From Eledone cirrhosa (Eukaryota): DNA of 64,000 bases. The position numbers were made by a program, and so were the translations under genes. The notes under the pieces are model-generated. The model had not been told where the DNA came from. It was given only the letters and a program-made list of their open reading frames with translations, and made no database searches. The stretch is from positions 15,487-79,486 of the forward strand of contig CAXHJY010001146.1 in the NCBI GenBank assembly GCA_964016885.1, given 5' to 3'. This document shows, piece after piece, positions 27,753-44,520 of this stretch. How positions within the stretch are numbered: the stretch's first letter is position 1; every line of letters begins with the position of its first letter.

Positions 27753-28410
27753 TATATAGAATTCATAAGAATCAAAGCTATGTTCAAAGCATTTATTCAC
27801 TTACAATTGTTTCATCCAAACCTAGGCTTGGAGTCTTCGGAGCATTTTTCAATGTTTGTACACATAATTGACCTCCTTTCCAACGCAATTCATTGTTCTA
27901 ACATACATTCTGCACACATACTTTTTTATTATATACAAAAAATACCTTACCACTACAACCACCATAATACTCTTACTTAACCACTTAAAGTGCTTGTATT
28001 ACATGTAACACCCTGCCACACAATAATCATATATAAATGGGACACACTTGCACGCCCCACGTGTAACTAACACATACACTAACTACTACATCTGACTAAC
28101 AAACTATCCTCTTGCATTATCTGTGTTAACTGCCGAATGTATTTTAATTTTATTTTAATTTTGTTTTAATTTTAATTTTGATCTTGACTTTGAATTTGAA
28201 TTGCTATACAGAAATAATATAGTATAATATATGTCACTCCACTGTACATCAATATATATATATATGTATCTGTATATCTCTTGCGTTGGAAAGGAGGTGA
28301 ATTATGTGTACAAACATTGAAAAATGCTCCGAAGATTCCAAGCCTAGGTTTGGATGAAACAATTGTAAGTGAATAAATGCTTTGAACATAGCTTTGATTC
28401 TTGTGAATTC
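27753..28410. mobile_element. Penelope-type pLTR with inverted arms (27753-27888 / 28281-28410), HHR-like motif in each arm
   Basis: 28326-28370: GCT-CCGAAGA-TTCCAAGC.CTAG.GTTTGGAT-GAAAC-AATT-GTA^AGT. Confidence 0.72.
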
Positions 28411-28549
28411 TATATATATATATATATATTTATATATTTATATATATTTATATATATATTATATAAATATATATATATATATATAAATATATGTATATAT
28501 ATATATATAAATATATATATGTATATATGTATATATATATATAAATATA

Positions 28550-28643
<94 letters not shown>

Positions 28644-28645
28644 TA

Positions 28646-28683
<38 letters not shown>

Positions 28684-28685
28684 TA

Positions 28686-28798
<113 letters not shown>

Positions 28799-28799
28799 G

Positions 28800-28830
<31 letters not shown>

Positions 28831-28837
28831 GTATATA

Positions 28838-29047
<210 letters not shown>

Positions 29048-29320
29048 TATATATATGTATATATATATGTATCCAAAATTAAATTAAGGGTTTTCATGTC
29101 TGAGAGACATGCGCCATATCCACTGCAGAATAAGCTCAAAGATTCCAATGGATAGATCCGAGCATTTTATATCAACTAGAAATAGATTGACATATATATA
29201 TATATATAAAATAAACATATGAAACAATCACAGGGAATAATTTGTAAAGTGTGTAAACACACATAGCTAGGTAGGTAACTAATTAAAGTTTAACTTTATA
29301 TATTTATGTATATATATATG

Positions 29321-29354
<34 letters not shown>

Positions 29355-29427
29355 TATGTATATATATGTATATGTATATATATGTATATATATATGATGT
29401 TGAATATATATATATATATATATATAT

Positions 29428-30384
29428 AATTGAAAAAATGGAGAATAACATGGTCAACAGTACACAAAAGGAGATTTATTTACAGTCTAACAATTGTTTC
29501 ACTGATAGAGTTGTCTAAAAATTGCTAAACACTGAAACATGTTGGCCCCATCATATATTCAGAAACCGACAAAAAATACAAATATATGCGTAACCGGCAA
29601 ATTTAGAAATTCAAATTACAACATCAATAATAATATTAATAATAAAGATATAGAGAGAAAAAAGGAAGGGAGATAGATATAGTAAAGAGAGAAAGGAAGG
29701 GAAGATGAAAGACGAAGAAGGAAAAAGAAAAAAAAGAAAAAGAGATAGAAGAAGAAGAAGAAGAAGAAGAAGAAGAAGAAGAAGAAGAAGAAGAAGAAGA
29801 AGAAGAAGAAGAAGAAGAAGAAGAAGAAGAAGAAGAAGAAGAAGAAGAAGAAGAAGAAGAAGAAGAAGAAGGAGGAGGAAATTATTGCAGCTAAAAATAA
29901 GATGTACAGAATATGATAGAAAAAGACAAGTACAGATAGCGTAGGATAGAGAGAAGAATGAGGAGGGACAATCAGACGAGTAAGATAGACAAACACAAGT
30001 AGAAATATGATAGAGAGAAGAAGGTAGAGGGGCAAATAGATGAATAAACATTAATACATGAATAAATGTAAGTAAAAATACTTCTTCCCTTCCTTTCTCT
30101 CTTTACTATATCTATCTCCCTTCCTTTTTTGCTCTCTATATATTTATTATTAATATTATTATTGATGTTGTAATTTGAATTTCTAAATTTGCCGGTTACT
30201 CATATATTTATATTTTTTGTCGGTTTCTGAAGATATGATGGGGTCAACATGTATTTTAAATTGAGTGGCTTTACTTTCAGTGTTTAGCAATTTTTAGACA
30301 ACTCTATCAGTGAAACAATTGTTAGACTGTAAATAAATCTCCTTTTGTGTACTGTTGACCATGTTATTCTCTATTTTTTCAATT
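29428..30384. mobile_element. Penelope-type pLTR with inverted arms (29428-29704 / 30083-30384) around a (GAA)n tract
   Basis: Arms are reverse complements; (GAA)n at 29746-29870. Confidence 0.78.
30222..30328 (+). ncRNA. Type I hammerhead motif
   Basis: GGTTT-CTGAAGA-TATGATGGGGT...ACTCTATCAGT-GAAAC-AATT-GTT^AGACT. Confidence 0.72.
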
Positions 30385-30538
30385 TTATTACTCCAAGATA
30401 AACTTACATAGGAATACAAGTGAAATCATAAACTTGTCATCTGCGTAAACCTCTTGTTGAGTCATACAACGCCGTACGCTAAAACTATCCATGTATTCAC
30501 AACCTCTAATTGGATTACCTATAACGATATCTTGTTAT

Positions 30539-30572
<34 letters not shown>

Positions 30573-31496
30573 TATATATACTTGGCAACTTGTTGGTTGG
30601 TCGTGTTTTCCCTTATTACGAGATTTGAAATTTAAATCGACAGAAATCGGAAAGTTATAACTTTACTAACTCTTTAAAATTAACAAAAAATCTATGGAAC
30701 AGATGAGTATCTATATTTTGACGCGATTATTTTACGTGTGTTAAGCATTTTTAATGAGTTTATTTTCGCTGTTTGATATATTCTTCTATAAAACGAGACA
30801 CACACACGTGCTCTCTTTGTCTGCCATACAGAATATAGAAAGTTAGTTAAGTAACCTAATCTAATGTAATCTAATTTTAATTTTACTTTATTTCATTTTA
30901 TTTTGTTTAACGGGATTTAATATAATTTAATGTAATATTATTCTTATTTTTAACTCAGTGAGAATATATATTTGTTATTGTTTTTGATATACTGATATTG
31001 TGATAACTACGTACGTGACAACTATATACGGTGTCCGTTGTAAACAAACCGATACCTGCAGTTAAAATCAACTTATATAAATCCTTCGCGATTCTATATC
31101 TTTAACTTATTTGGGTTTCATTAACTTATTTTTATTTATTTATTTTGTCTCCTCTCCTCCCCTTTTATATTTCATGTTGATATCATTTGTTTTCACTTTG
31201 CTCTGGTGTTTTAACCGCGAAATATTATTGTTTTTCGAACGAAATTAATCATTACTATTTAAGGTTGTCTTTGACCGTTTCAAGTATACGCTGCTATCTT
31301 TCACGCTGTCTCTCTCCTTCTTTCTTTCTCTCTATCTCTCTCTCTAGATCGCACAAGCTCTCTCTCTCTTCCCCTCTAAATCGCACCTTGAATTTCTCTA
31401 GATCGCACAAGCTCTCTCTCTCTCTCCCTTTCTCTTTCCCTCTCTAACATTTTCCCTACCCTTCCCGCTATCTCTCTCTCTCCCCTCTACAGCGAA

Positions 31497-32417
31497 ATGG
31501 ACTGCATGCAGGGAAAAATTGAAATTAAATGCCAGCGAAACTGGTCAAAGATGGAACTGGCGGTTTTGATCAAAGGGTGGAGTCTAGCTGATGGGTCACC
31601 ACCAAGCAAAAAGATTGCGGAGACTCTGAGGAATTATGGATTCCTGAGGACTCTGGCGCAGATAGAAAGATAAAAAAGAAATTGAGAAGGCCTATGACCT
31701 CATAGCGGCACATATGGCGATGCTAAGCTGTGTCCTTAAGGAGGAGAAAAACGGGAGAAAGAGAGAGGAAAGGTAAAAGAAAAGGAAGAAAGCACAAGCA
31801 CGGACCTGAAAGAAAATGAGATACCCGCCGCCACAGTCAGGGAGGACAGGCCGGGCAACCAACAAGCAAACGGTAAAGATGAGAAGCGAAATCCCCTTCC
31901 GAAGGAGAACTATACGGAGAGGGACCAGTGGACAACTGTCCAAAGGAAGAACAGAAAGCACCGAGACACTGGGAACAAGAAAATCCAGGTAATGTGCAAG
32001 TTCTTCAGGAACGGGACCTGCTGGCATGGAGAAACAGGGATGGGCTGCAGATTCGCTCACCCCAGGCCTCAAGCGAACTATGCCCATCCTACTCGCGTAA
32101 CATGCTCCAGTGAAAGCCAAAACAAGCCGCTCCAGAAGTATGTTGATGTCGCGCGTGCCGCGCCAACACGGAGAAAGTACGCACATGCCGACGAGATACA
32201 GATGGCTGCAGCAGAGCAGAAAGATTTTTTAGTGATGGCAGAGAAGATTGTGGGACAGCTGACCTGGCTGCATCGTTTTCAGAGCCAGGGTCAGCCACAC
32301 CAGCACTCGAGACCACCACAATTAAGGGACACAGAGTGGCCGCCGCAGACATCAGACCAGGTTTCATACCGACAGCCATTGCTGGCACCCCAAAAGTCAC
32401 ACCAGTACTGCTGCTGA
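31497..32417 (+). pseudogene. Disrupted LINE ORF1: Myb/SANT-trihelix-like N-terminus, charged linker, CCCH zinc finger
   Basis: Manual translation NWSKMELAVLIKGW...KKIAETLRNYGFLRTLAQIE/KKEIEKAY; WTTVQRKNR; CKFFRNGTCWHGETGMGCRFAHP. Confidence 0.65.
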
Positions 32418-35376
32418 ATGTCAGAGGCCTGGTGAAACTCACTAACATGAGTAAAATGTCCGACCTGGGAGACTTAGCCATAAGCAATCAAGGATTATGC
32501 ATGGCACTAACAGAAATGCACCTGACAAGCAGTATAGCAGATACAGAAATACATATACCGAAATATACTGTATTTCGTTCGGACGGGAAGGAGAGAACTC
32601 ATGGTGGGGTTGCTCTGTATATCCGTGAAGATTTCACACTATTTGTACTGTTGACACATTCAAACTCAGTCTGTGACACACTGATAGTAGATATGAAGCA
32701 ACTAAAGACAGTAATATGCCCGATACCCCCAGTCATGAGGGTAAAATTGAGGATAGACTCAGTACGATAGAAGAGGTCCTTGACAAACTGGACCAGAGTC
32801 TCAACATTCTACTGCGAGGAGACTTCAACCTACCAAAGGTCAAATGGCCGGAGGGCCACATCCTCCCTGCAATGACGTCAATAGAACAGAGATAGACGGA
32901 ATCCCTGTTGACCCTCACACACAGTCATGGAACAAACAGTACTCCTCCCAACAAGAGGCGAAAATGTCCTGGACCTCTGTTTTACAAACAACGAAGTGCT
33001 CCATCCACAATTTTCTCGGATCATAATTTAGTAGAACTAATGATATGTGGTCCGAGAGAACCAGCAGAGACACTACCATCAAGAAGCACCGGGACGTTAT
33101 CCAGCCTTAACTTCTACAAGGCTAACTGGAAAAGGATCAAGAGAGAAATCCGGACGCAAATATGGAGTGAAAACACCGCCACACCAGACACCAACATACA
33201 ATTTCAACACTTCATGACAACGATACACACTATATGCAAAAGGTTTGTCCCGGAGAAAAAGGCAAACAGACACAAAAAACTTATTCCCAGAGATAGGAAA
33301 ATCCTTATGAGACGTAGAACCAAGCTCTCAAACCAGTTGAATGTACAAGAAAACAAAAACAAGAAGGAATCCTATTTGAAACGTGCACTACTTGACATCA
33401 AGATTGCACTCAAACTTTCCCATGAAAATGAGAGGGCAAAGAAAGAAAGCAGAGCCATAGAAAATATTAAAACAAACCCTAAGGCCTTCTTTAAATTTGC
33501 AAAAGAAACTGCCTCGGTAGACTGCAAGATTGGGCCACTCTTTCATACAGATGGTTCATTAACCGAGAATCCTCAGCAGATATGTGAAAAGTATAAAAGT
33601 GTGTTCACATGTCGACTGAGGCACATGCAAATAACAAAGCCAGAGGAGTTATTTGATGCCACAACACTACATGAAGAAATGGCGACCATCAACCACATAG
33701 ACATAACTGAGGAGGATGTGGTATACGCCATAGATGAAATTAGAACAGACTCAGCTGCTGGACCTCATGGATTTCCAGCAGTCCTCTTAAAAACATGGAA
33801 GCGGGCCTTAGCAACTCCACTGAAGACGCTCTTCAGAAGCTCCTTGGCTAGCGGTATACTACCCAGGAAGCTGAAAGAAGGCACAATATGCCCTATCCAT
33901 AAAGGAGGTAACAGAGTGGAGGCCAAAAACTATAGGCCAGTCTCCCTGACGTCGCATATCAGTAAGGTCATGGAGCGAGTTATCAGAAAGAAACTTATCA
34001 CTTTCCTCGAGGAAAATTACCGCCTGACTAGCACGCAGCATGGCTTCCGCCGAGGATGTAGCTGCCTTACACAGCTGCTACATCACTATGACTGGGTACT
34101 GAAACAACTGTTAGACAACTCACATGTGGACGTGATATATCTTGACTTTGCGAAGACCTTTGACAAGGTCGACCACGGAATGTTATGTCACAAACTACAC
34201 GGACTCGGCATAACTGGTAAAGTAGGTGAGTGGCTGCATGACTTCTTAAAGGACAGAAGCCAGACAGTCGCAGCAAATGGGGCCCTCTCAAAGGAAACAT
34301 CAATAACAAGTGGGGTGCCCCAAGGGACAGTCCTGGGACCACTACTGTTTTTGGTGGCTCTCTCAGACATGCCCTCTGTAGTACATACAACATCCGTCAC
34401 TAGCTATGCTGATGACACTAAGGTAGCACAGGCAATCAAAAACCCTGCTGACGCTGCCCTTTTACAACAGATCTGGATGCCATATACAAATGGGCGGCAG
34501 AAAACAACATGTAGTTTAATGCTGGCAAATTCCAAGCCCTACAATACAAACCTGCAAACACAAATACAGTACAACACAGTTACGCAGGACCAGGAGGGAC
34601 CGATATCCCCGTGTCAAAATCGATACGAGACCTGGGTATAGACATGAGCGATGATGCATCTTTTTCCTCACAAATCATGAAAGTGGCGACAATGTGCAGA
34701 CGACTCGCCGCTGGCTGGATCTTGAGGACTTTTCGGACAAGAGACCGAGACACCATGTTGACACTATGGAGAACATTTGTCCTAAGCCGCCTGGACTATT
34801 GCTCCCAGTTGTGGTCACCCCATAGTGTCAAACTAACCACGGAGCTTGAAGCAATCCAGCGAAGCTATACCAAGAGGATTGCCACGATGAAGGAGAGGCT
34901 AAAAGAACTGAACCTCTACTCCTTGGAACGAAGACGGGAGAGATACGCAGTGATCTGCATGTGGAAAATCCTGGAGGGACTAGCACCAAACTTTGGCATT
35001 GGGAGCTGGACCAACCGTCGAACAGGATGTCACTGTGTGGAGCCAAAGGTTCCGTCTTCCACATCTAGAATAAGGAGCAGATATTGCAATAGTATGGGAT
35101 TCAAGGCCCCTCAACTCTTCAACAAGCTGCCGAGGGATCTAAGGGAGCTGCATGGTGTGGAGGTGGATGTCTTCAAGAAACATCTCGACACCTTGCTATC
35201 CAGGATCCCGGATGAGCCCACAGCAAAGCACGAGGGAAACCTAAGGGCAGCCACAACGAATTCCCTCTTACACCAGTGGCCAACCAATACAGGCTGGAGA
35301 TATAATGTGTAGCAACAAGGGTGGTGCCCCAGCATGGCCTCAGCCGGATGTCTGGAACAGGTAAAAGAGTAAAAGA

Positions 35377-35377
<1 letters not shown>
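32390..35377 (+). mobile_element. CR1/L2-group LINE ORF2 (APE endonuclease plus RT), frameshifted, with 3' tail into (TA)n
   Basis: LLLNVRGL, LTEMHL, GGVALYI, GDFNLP, SDHNLV (APE); NYRPVSLTS, QHGFR, YLDFAKTFDKV, SGVPQGTVLGP, YADDTK (RT); tail GTAAAAGA-GTAAAAGA-G. Confidence 0.95.
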
Positions 35378-35454
<77 letters not shown>

Positions 35455-35539
35455 CGAAGGAATTGTGGTAAGGAACCAGATGGACCATAACGCACCAGAG
35501 TACTCAATACTTAGGGTAGTAGAGTGGGTCATACTTTTT

Positions 35540-35608
<69 letters not shown>

Positions 35609-35699
35609 ATGTATATGTATATATATATGTATGTATAGATATATATGTATGTATATATATATATGTATATATATGTATATGTATATATGTATATATATG

Positions 35700-35730
<31 letters not shown>

Positions 35731-38700
35731 ATATATGTGTATATATGTATATGTATATATATATATGTATGTGTGTGCGTGTGTGGGGGGGGGGGACATC
35801 CATGGCTGTGTGGTTTAGAAGTAGGCATCGCAACTATGTGGGTTTCTGTTTGTGTTCGGTTCCACTCTATCGCACATTAGAAAATCATATTTTTACTATA
35901 CTCCAATGGTTTGGGAAATTTAATAGGTTGAAAGTTTGCTGAATTGCGTATCTGATTTATTGGAGTACTTGCGTGATTTGAAAAGTAAGAATCCAAACGC
36001 TGAAAATAAGTACAGCAATAGTTGATCACTATAACTAATTTCTTTAGAAAATCGTATGTTATATCTTTAGGAGAGAAAAGAATGGTCAGCGATCGAGTGT
36101 TGCTACAGTTATTTTCTGCGTTTGGATTCACACGTTTCAAATTTCACATCACCTAAGTGTTCCGATAAATCATATGATTTGTTTAGCTCTGGTTCTAATC
36201 GCAAGTTGTTTACTTTGGGCCTGTGATAATTATATAAGACCTCATAACAATCATTCACAATCAATATTAGCAATTCTAATTGTTTTATAATGTTGATGTC
36301 TAATATTTATGAATTCAAGGCGGCCTATTGACTGGCATACAAACGTCGGGTGGAATGCTTTGCGGTAATCGTTCTGTTTCACTGAACTTAAAATTAAAAT
36401 TCCGCCGAAGTCAATAAAAATAATATCAGTCCCATTGAGTCGATTATTTCTCTCTCTCTCTCTTCATATTCAACCGTCTCTCTCTCTCCATCTCTCTCTC
36501 TCTCTGTCTCTCTCCCTCTCTCTCTCTATGTCTCCGATATTGCTCTGTATCCCTCTATTGACACCTCTGTCTATTGACCTCTCTATCTAAGAAGTAGAAG
36601 AAGGCTGTGTTCAGGCCTGGAGAGGAAAGATTTCTGTTTGGTTTAAATACCCAAGACACGCCACATATTACGACAACGCCCCCTACTATTCCATCAAGAA
36701 TTAAAGATCCATGGATGGATATACTACATACGTAATCTGATGAAGCGGGCTATAAAGCTAATTTTAACCAAGATGCTGATAAACACATCCTTATTTACAA
36801 CAGTATGTCACGAAGAGTCTACACACAGTATGTCACGAAGGGTTCCCTATGAGTTCATTAGGAGTTAAGTGCACATATCATGGCATGGAATTATGAGTTC
36901 AATAATCCTCGGTCTCCATCTTTTGCTACATTAATTTTGGTTGTAAAGTATCAAACATGACTCCCTCTTTTAATGTCAAATTATATGCAGGGAGCAACTA
37001 AATGTGCTTGCCTAACTTAACTAAATTGTGTAAGTTTAATAAACTAAAAGAATATGTTTTTCTAATATTTAATATAGCTTTATTAAATTCTAAAATTAAT
37101 TGCAATTTTTCCAAAGATGATAATTACAGCGAGAAGGTCTTCAAACATAAGGGAAACCATTATTTTCGTTGATGAGTATATTTCGAAAGTAATTGCTGAT
37201 TTTTATGGATATAATTTGCATATTTATTACATATTTATGTTTATACAGACTACAATGTTTGTAATTAATTGACTTTAAACTAACTAGAACGCTATCGTAT
37301 AGCTTTATTGAATATATAAAAATGGCTGTTGATTAATTATTCGATAATTTCTATAAATCAATTATGGTGAAAAGAACAAGGCAGAAAATCAACTTTATGA
37401 TTATTGCCCTCAGAAAATACTGGAAAATCAATTAAAGACATTGCAAACGCGACATCAGCCAAAATTATAATGTACAAAGATTTTTTAATACACATTAAGG
37501 GAAAGAAGCAGATCGTCAGATCGCACCAAAGAAAGAATGTTTCCATTAATCTTTTCATTACTGATGCTATCTGCAGGTTACAAATCCTAACAGAAGAAAG
37601 GAAATGAGCCGATCGCCTGATTGGACCGAGGAAACAATGTTTCCATTGGTGTTTTCGTTATTGATATTATCTTCTGGTCGCAACTCCTTACAGAAAGAAG
37701 CGACATTTGAAATTACAATCGGAGAACCATGCGAAATTGGTCAAAGCATTCCTTACTGCACTTTAAAAACTCCACCAATGCTATGTCAATCGACACATTA
37801 GAAGAATGGTTGCGCTATTCTTTGTTTTAAAATGATACGTTGAAAGATAAAGAGAATTCAGAGACATTTCATGAGAACACGAAATGTTCTTGTTGGACCT
37901 CCGTCAATCTCGACGATGATTGTTCCCGTTCTCCGGATAATAGAACACCCTGCTCCTGAAATTACCTATTTCACAGACATTTAACTTCAGCATAGCTATC
38001 AGGGTGATTCAAATTGACAGTGTGTGGCATGGTTAGTCTTTTCAATTTATTTTTTCTCGATCTGAGTTACTTCAGCAAAGTAAGATAAAATTTCACAACA
38101 TGCCGACAGAAGGCAAACTGAAGATCTCATAATCATGCACCCAACACCGTCTTCAAAAAAGGCTAAATAGAGATCTGTAACAAGGAAATAAATAGTTTTT
38201 CTGCTTAGTATTTCGTTTCGTATTAAAGATGACTGGAACAGTTTCCCAATCTTTTGAACCTCAGTATTCGATGTAGTCATTTTAAAGCAATATATGCTAT
38301 AAATGAATAAGGAAAAACATCTAGATGTTCATAGAGATAAAGGTACTGTGTTAATGATTGAGAAACTGTCGTGTGATCACATAACACCAGGATTGAAATA
38401 GCCCGGAAGGATGGTGAGGGAGTAAAATCTACAGAATAATCTTTAGTTTTTTTAGGAAGCCGTTGAGGAAAAGATAAAAATTTACTCATACCTACAGTTA
38501 TTCTTGTTGCCGCCGATTATTACTATTGTTATGGCATAACTGTCCGTCTTTTTATATTTATGAATGTAGTATGTATCTATGTAGTATGTGGATGTATGTA
38601 GTATTAGTATGCATGTATGCATGTATATGTATCTATATATATATGTATGAAAAATTAATAACAAGTATAACAAAATAAATGGCACAGTACATGGAGGAAA

Positions 38701-38786
38701 TATATTAGTTTAACGCATGAAATAGCAGAGTCTTAACGTTTTCCCTGGTATATTTTTATGTATCTTTGTATGTATATATGTATGTA

Positions 38787-38832
<46 letters not shown>

Positions 38833-38837
38833 TTTGT

Positions 38838-39050
38838 GAAGGCGTGTGGCTGAGTGGTTAGAGAATTGGATTCACAATCTTGAGGTTGTGAGTTCGATTC
38901 CTGGACCGGGCGATGCGTTATGTCCTTGAGCAAGACACTTTAGTTCACGTTGCTCCTTCTACCTGGAGTTGCGACCGATAGATAGTACTAGCAACTGGAA
39001 AGACCAACGGAAACATTGTTTCCTCGGTCCGATTTGACGAAAGGCGATCG
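38838..39050 (+). mobile_element. tRNA-derived CORE-type SINE head fused to the same body as 26424-26640
   Basis: gaaggcgtgtggctgagtggttaga...gagttcgattcc...; body pieces also at 37610-37695(-), 39358-39428(-), 39486-39511(+). Confidence 0.8.
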
Positions 39051-39265
39051 AATATATATATATATATATATATATGTGTATATATATGTATATATATATA
39101 TGTGTATATATATGTGTGTGTGTATATATATATGTATTTCAGTTATTAGGAGTATTCCAAAGCTAGATATATATATATGTATATATATATGTGTATATGT
39201 ATATATATATAGGTATATATATGTATATATATATGTATATGTATATGTATATATGTATATATATG

Positions 39266-39298
<33 letters not shown>

Positions 39299-39429
39299 GT
39301 GTATATATATGTATATGTATATATATATGTATATATATATATATATGTATATATATCGACAGTCGATCGACTTTCGTCAAATCGGACCGAGGAAACGATG
39401 TTTCCGTTGGTCTTTCCAATTGCTAATAA

Positions 39430-39483
<54 letters not shown>

Positions 39484-39509
39484 TTATTAGCAATTGGAAA
39501 GACCAACGG

Positions 39510-39542
<33 letters not shown>

Positions 39543-39805
39543 CATGTCAATGTGTTGGACTGGCGCTTTCTCCCTCACCATCTTTCTCCCTCACCATCTT
39601 TTGGAGTAACGATTGTGAAATTATTTTCGCTTGGATGATGAAGCAACACCCACCTGAACGAAAGAACATGATTGATTGATCGATCAATCAATAATATATA
39701 ATTGATTGATTCTTGCTGTAATCTTTTCTCATTATATTCAAACATAGATACATACTTACGTATATATATATATATATAAATATAAATATATATATTTATA
39801 TATAT

Positions 39806-39838
<33 letters not shown>

Positions 39839-39858
39839 TACATATATAGATATTTAGA

Positions 39859-39916
<58 letters not shown>

Positions 39917-39959
39917 TATAAACATATATATATACATATATATATACATATATATATAC

Positions 39960-40102
<143 letters not shown>

Positions 40103-40152
40103 CATATATATATGTATATATATATATATATATATACATATATATATGTATA

Positions 40153-40188
<36 letters not shown>

Positions 40189-40203
40189 CATATAAATATA
40201 TAC

Positions 40204-40248
<45 letters not shown>

Positions 40249-40249
40249 C

Positions 40250-40302
<53 letters not shown>

Positions 40303-40303
40303 C

Positions 40304-40352
<49 letters not shown>

Positions 40353-40454
40353 CATATATATACATATATATATATATATACATATAAATATATACATATA
40401 TATATGTATATATATATATACATATATATATATAAATATATACATATATATATG

Positions 40455-40486
<32 letters not shown>

Positions 40487-40506
40487 AATATATACATATA
40501 TATATG

Positions 40507-40608
<102 letters not shown>

Positions 40609-40648
40609 CATATATATACATATATATATATATATACATATATATATG

Positions 40649-40758
<110 letters not shown>

Positions 40759-40769
40759 CATATATATAC

Positions 40770-40836
<67 letters not shown>

Positions 40837-40847
40837 CATATATATAC

Positions 40848-40878
<31 letters not shown>

Positions 40879-40893
40879 CATATATATATATAC

Positions 40894-40946
<53 letters not shown>

Positions 40947-40957
40947 CATATATATAC

Positions 40958-41334
<377 letters not shown>

Positions 41335-41335
41335 C

Positions 41336-41453
<118 letters not shown>

Positions 41454-41499
41454 ATATACATATATACATATATATATACATATGTATATACATATATAT

Positions 41500-42072
41500 A
41501 TGTGCATGCTACTGTACGTCTGTATACATATATGTATGTACGTATACATGCATACTTACATTTAAGTAAGTGCCATACTAAGAGTGAGAAATGAAATTTC
41601 GTTTTCATTTTGTTTCAATTTATCGTTTTCGGTATGCCTGACCGATTTAACTCACTCAATATGCAAATTAGGCTGCTCAGCCGTTAATTTTCATAAGGAA
41701 AGTATATACTTTCGAACGTTCAACTATCTGGCAGATGGGTAAACGGTGCTGATGATAGCTAACAAGCTTGAAACTAGTACATCGTTCCTGTGTCAGTGTT
41801 GAACAAAAAGGTGACGTGGTTGCCTTAACACCGTATGGCATAAATTCAGGCTGTTCAGTTTGTTTACAAACGAAAAAAGCGACGTTGTAATAAGCGCCGC
41901 TAAACTGATACGTGCATATATGTATGTGTACCTGTATGCATATGTATGTATATATGTATATATATATATATATGTGTGCATGCTACTGTACGTCTGTATA
42001 CATATATGTATGTACGTATACATGCATACTTACATTTAAGTAAGTGCCATACTAAGAGTGAGAAATGAAATT
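41500..42072 (+). mobile_element. ~1.2-unit copy of the 466-bp HHR element (HHR 41742-41786)
   Basis: Near-identical to array units but carries 6 extra nt (gacgttGTAATAagcgcc). Confidence 0.92.
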
Positions 42073-42168
42073 TATAGTCCACCTGGTTCCTTACCACATT
42101 TCCTTCGTTATATATATATACATATATACATATATAGATACATATATATATATATATATATAATATAT

Positions 42169-42220
<52 letters not shown>

Positions 42221-42240
42221 TATATACATATATAATATAT

Positions 42241-42304
<64 letters not shown>

Positions 42305-42311
42305 TATATAC

Positions 42312-42343
<32 letters not shown>

Positions 42344-42390
42344 ATATATATACATATATACATATAGATTATATATATATACATATATAA

Positions 42391-42429
<39 letters not shown>

Positions 42430-42432
42430 TAA

Positions 42433-42493
<61 letters not shown>

Positions 42494-42594
42494 CATATAT
42501 ATATATATATATATATACATATATAAATATATAGATATAGATATATATATATACATATATAAATACATATATATATATATATATACATATATAA

Positions 42595-42633
<39 letters not shown>

Positions 42634-42676
42634 TAAATACATATATATATATATATATATATACATATACAAATAC

Positions 42677-42707
<31 letters not shown>

Positions 42708-42856
42708 CATATATAGATACATATATATATATATACATATATACATATATAGATACATATATATATATACATATATATATATATACATATATAGATACAT
42801 ATATATATATATGTATATACATATATAGATACATATACATATATATTCATATATAC

Positions 42857-42909
<53 letters not shown>

Positions 42910-43162
42910 CATATATATATACATATATATATATATATAATACATTATATATATATATATAATACATATATATATATATATAATACATATATATATAGAT
43001 ATATATATACATATATATACATATACTATATATATATATAATACATATATATACATATATATACATATATATGTATACATATATATACATATATATACAT
43101 ATATATATATATGTATACATATATATACATATATATACATATATATATATACATATATATAC

Positions 43163-43215
<53 letters not shown>

Positions 43216-43346
43216 CACATATATATAGATATATATACACATATATATATGTAGATATATATACACATATATATATATAGATATATATACACATATATAT
43301 ATATAGATATATATAAACATATATATATATAGATATATATACACAC

Positions 43347-43462
<116 letters not shown>

Positions 43463-43463
43463 C

Positions 43464-43514
<51 letters not shown>

Positions 43515-43703
43515 CACATATATATAGATATATATACACATATATATATGTAGATATATATACACATATATATATATAGATATATATACACATATATATA
43601 TATAGATATATATACACATATATATATATATATGTAGATATATATACACACATATATATATAAGATATATATACACACATATATATATATATATGTGTAT
43701 ATA

Positions 43704-43763
<60 letters not shown>

Positions 43764-43768
43764 ATATG

Positions 43769-43828
<60 letters not shown>

Positions 43829-43865
43829 CACATATATATATATATGTGTATATGTATATATATAT

Positions 43866-43903
<38 letters not shown>

Positions 43904-43912
43904 GTGTATATG

Positions 43913-43956
<44 letters not shown>

Positions 43957-44025
43957 ATATAATATACACATATATATATATATGTGTATATGTATATATA
44001 TGTGTATATGTATATATATATATAT

Positions 44026-44060
<35 letters not shown>

Positions 44061-44077
44061 ATATATATATTATATAT

Positions 44078-44251
<174 letters not shown>

Positions 44252-44278
44252 AATATATATAGTATATATATATATATA

Positions 44279-44326
<48 letters not shown>

Positions 44327-44411
44327 ATATATATGTGTATATAATATATATATGTGTATATATATTATATATATATATATATGTATATATGTATATATAT
44401 ATGTATATATG

Positions 44412-44520
<109 letters not shown>

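Noticed and set aside
29611-30051. Poly-Leu, poly-Phe and poly-Arg ORFs
   Set aside because: Translation of the (GAA)n tract
36737-36790. CTGATGA motif
   Set aside because: No downstream stem II/GAAA arrangement
38838-38915. tRNA gene
   Set aside because: A and B boxes are present but there is no acceptor stem and it continues into a SINE body
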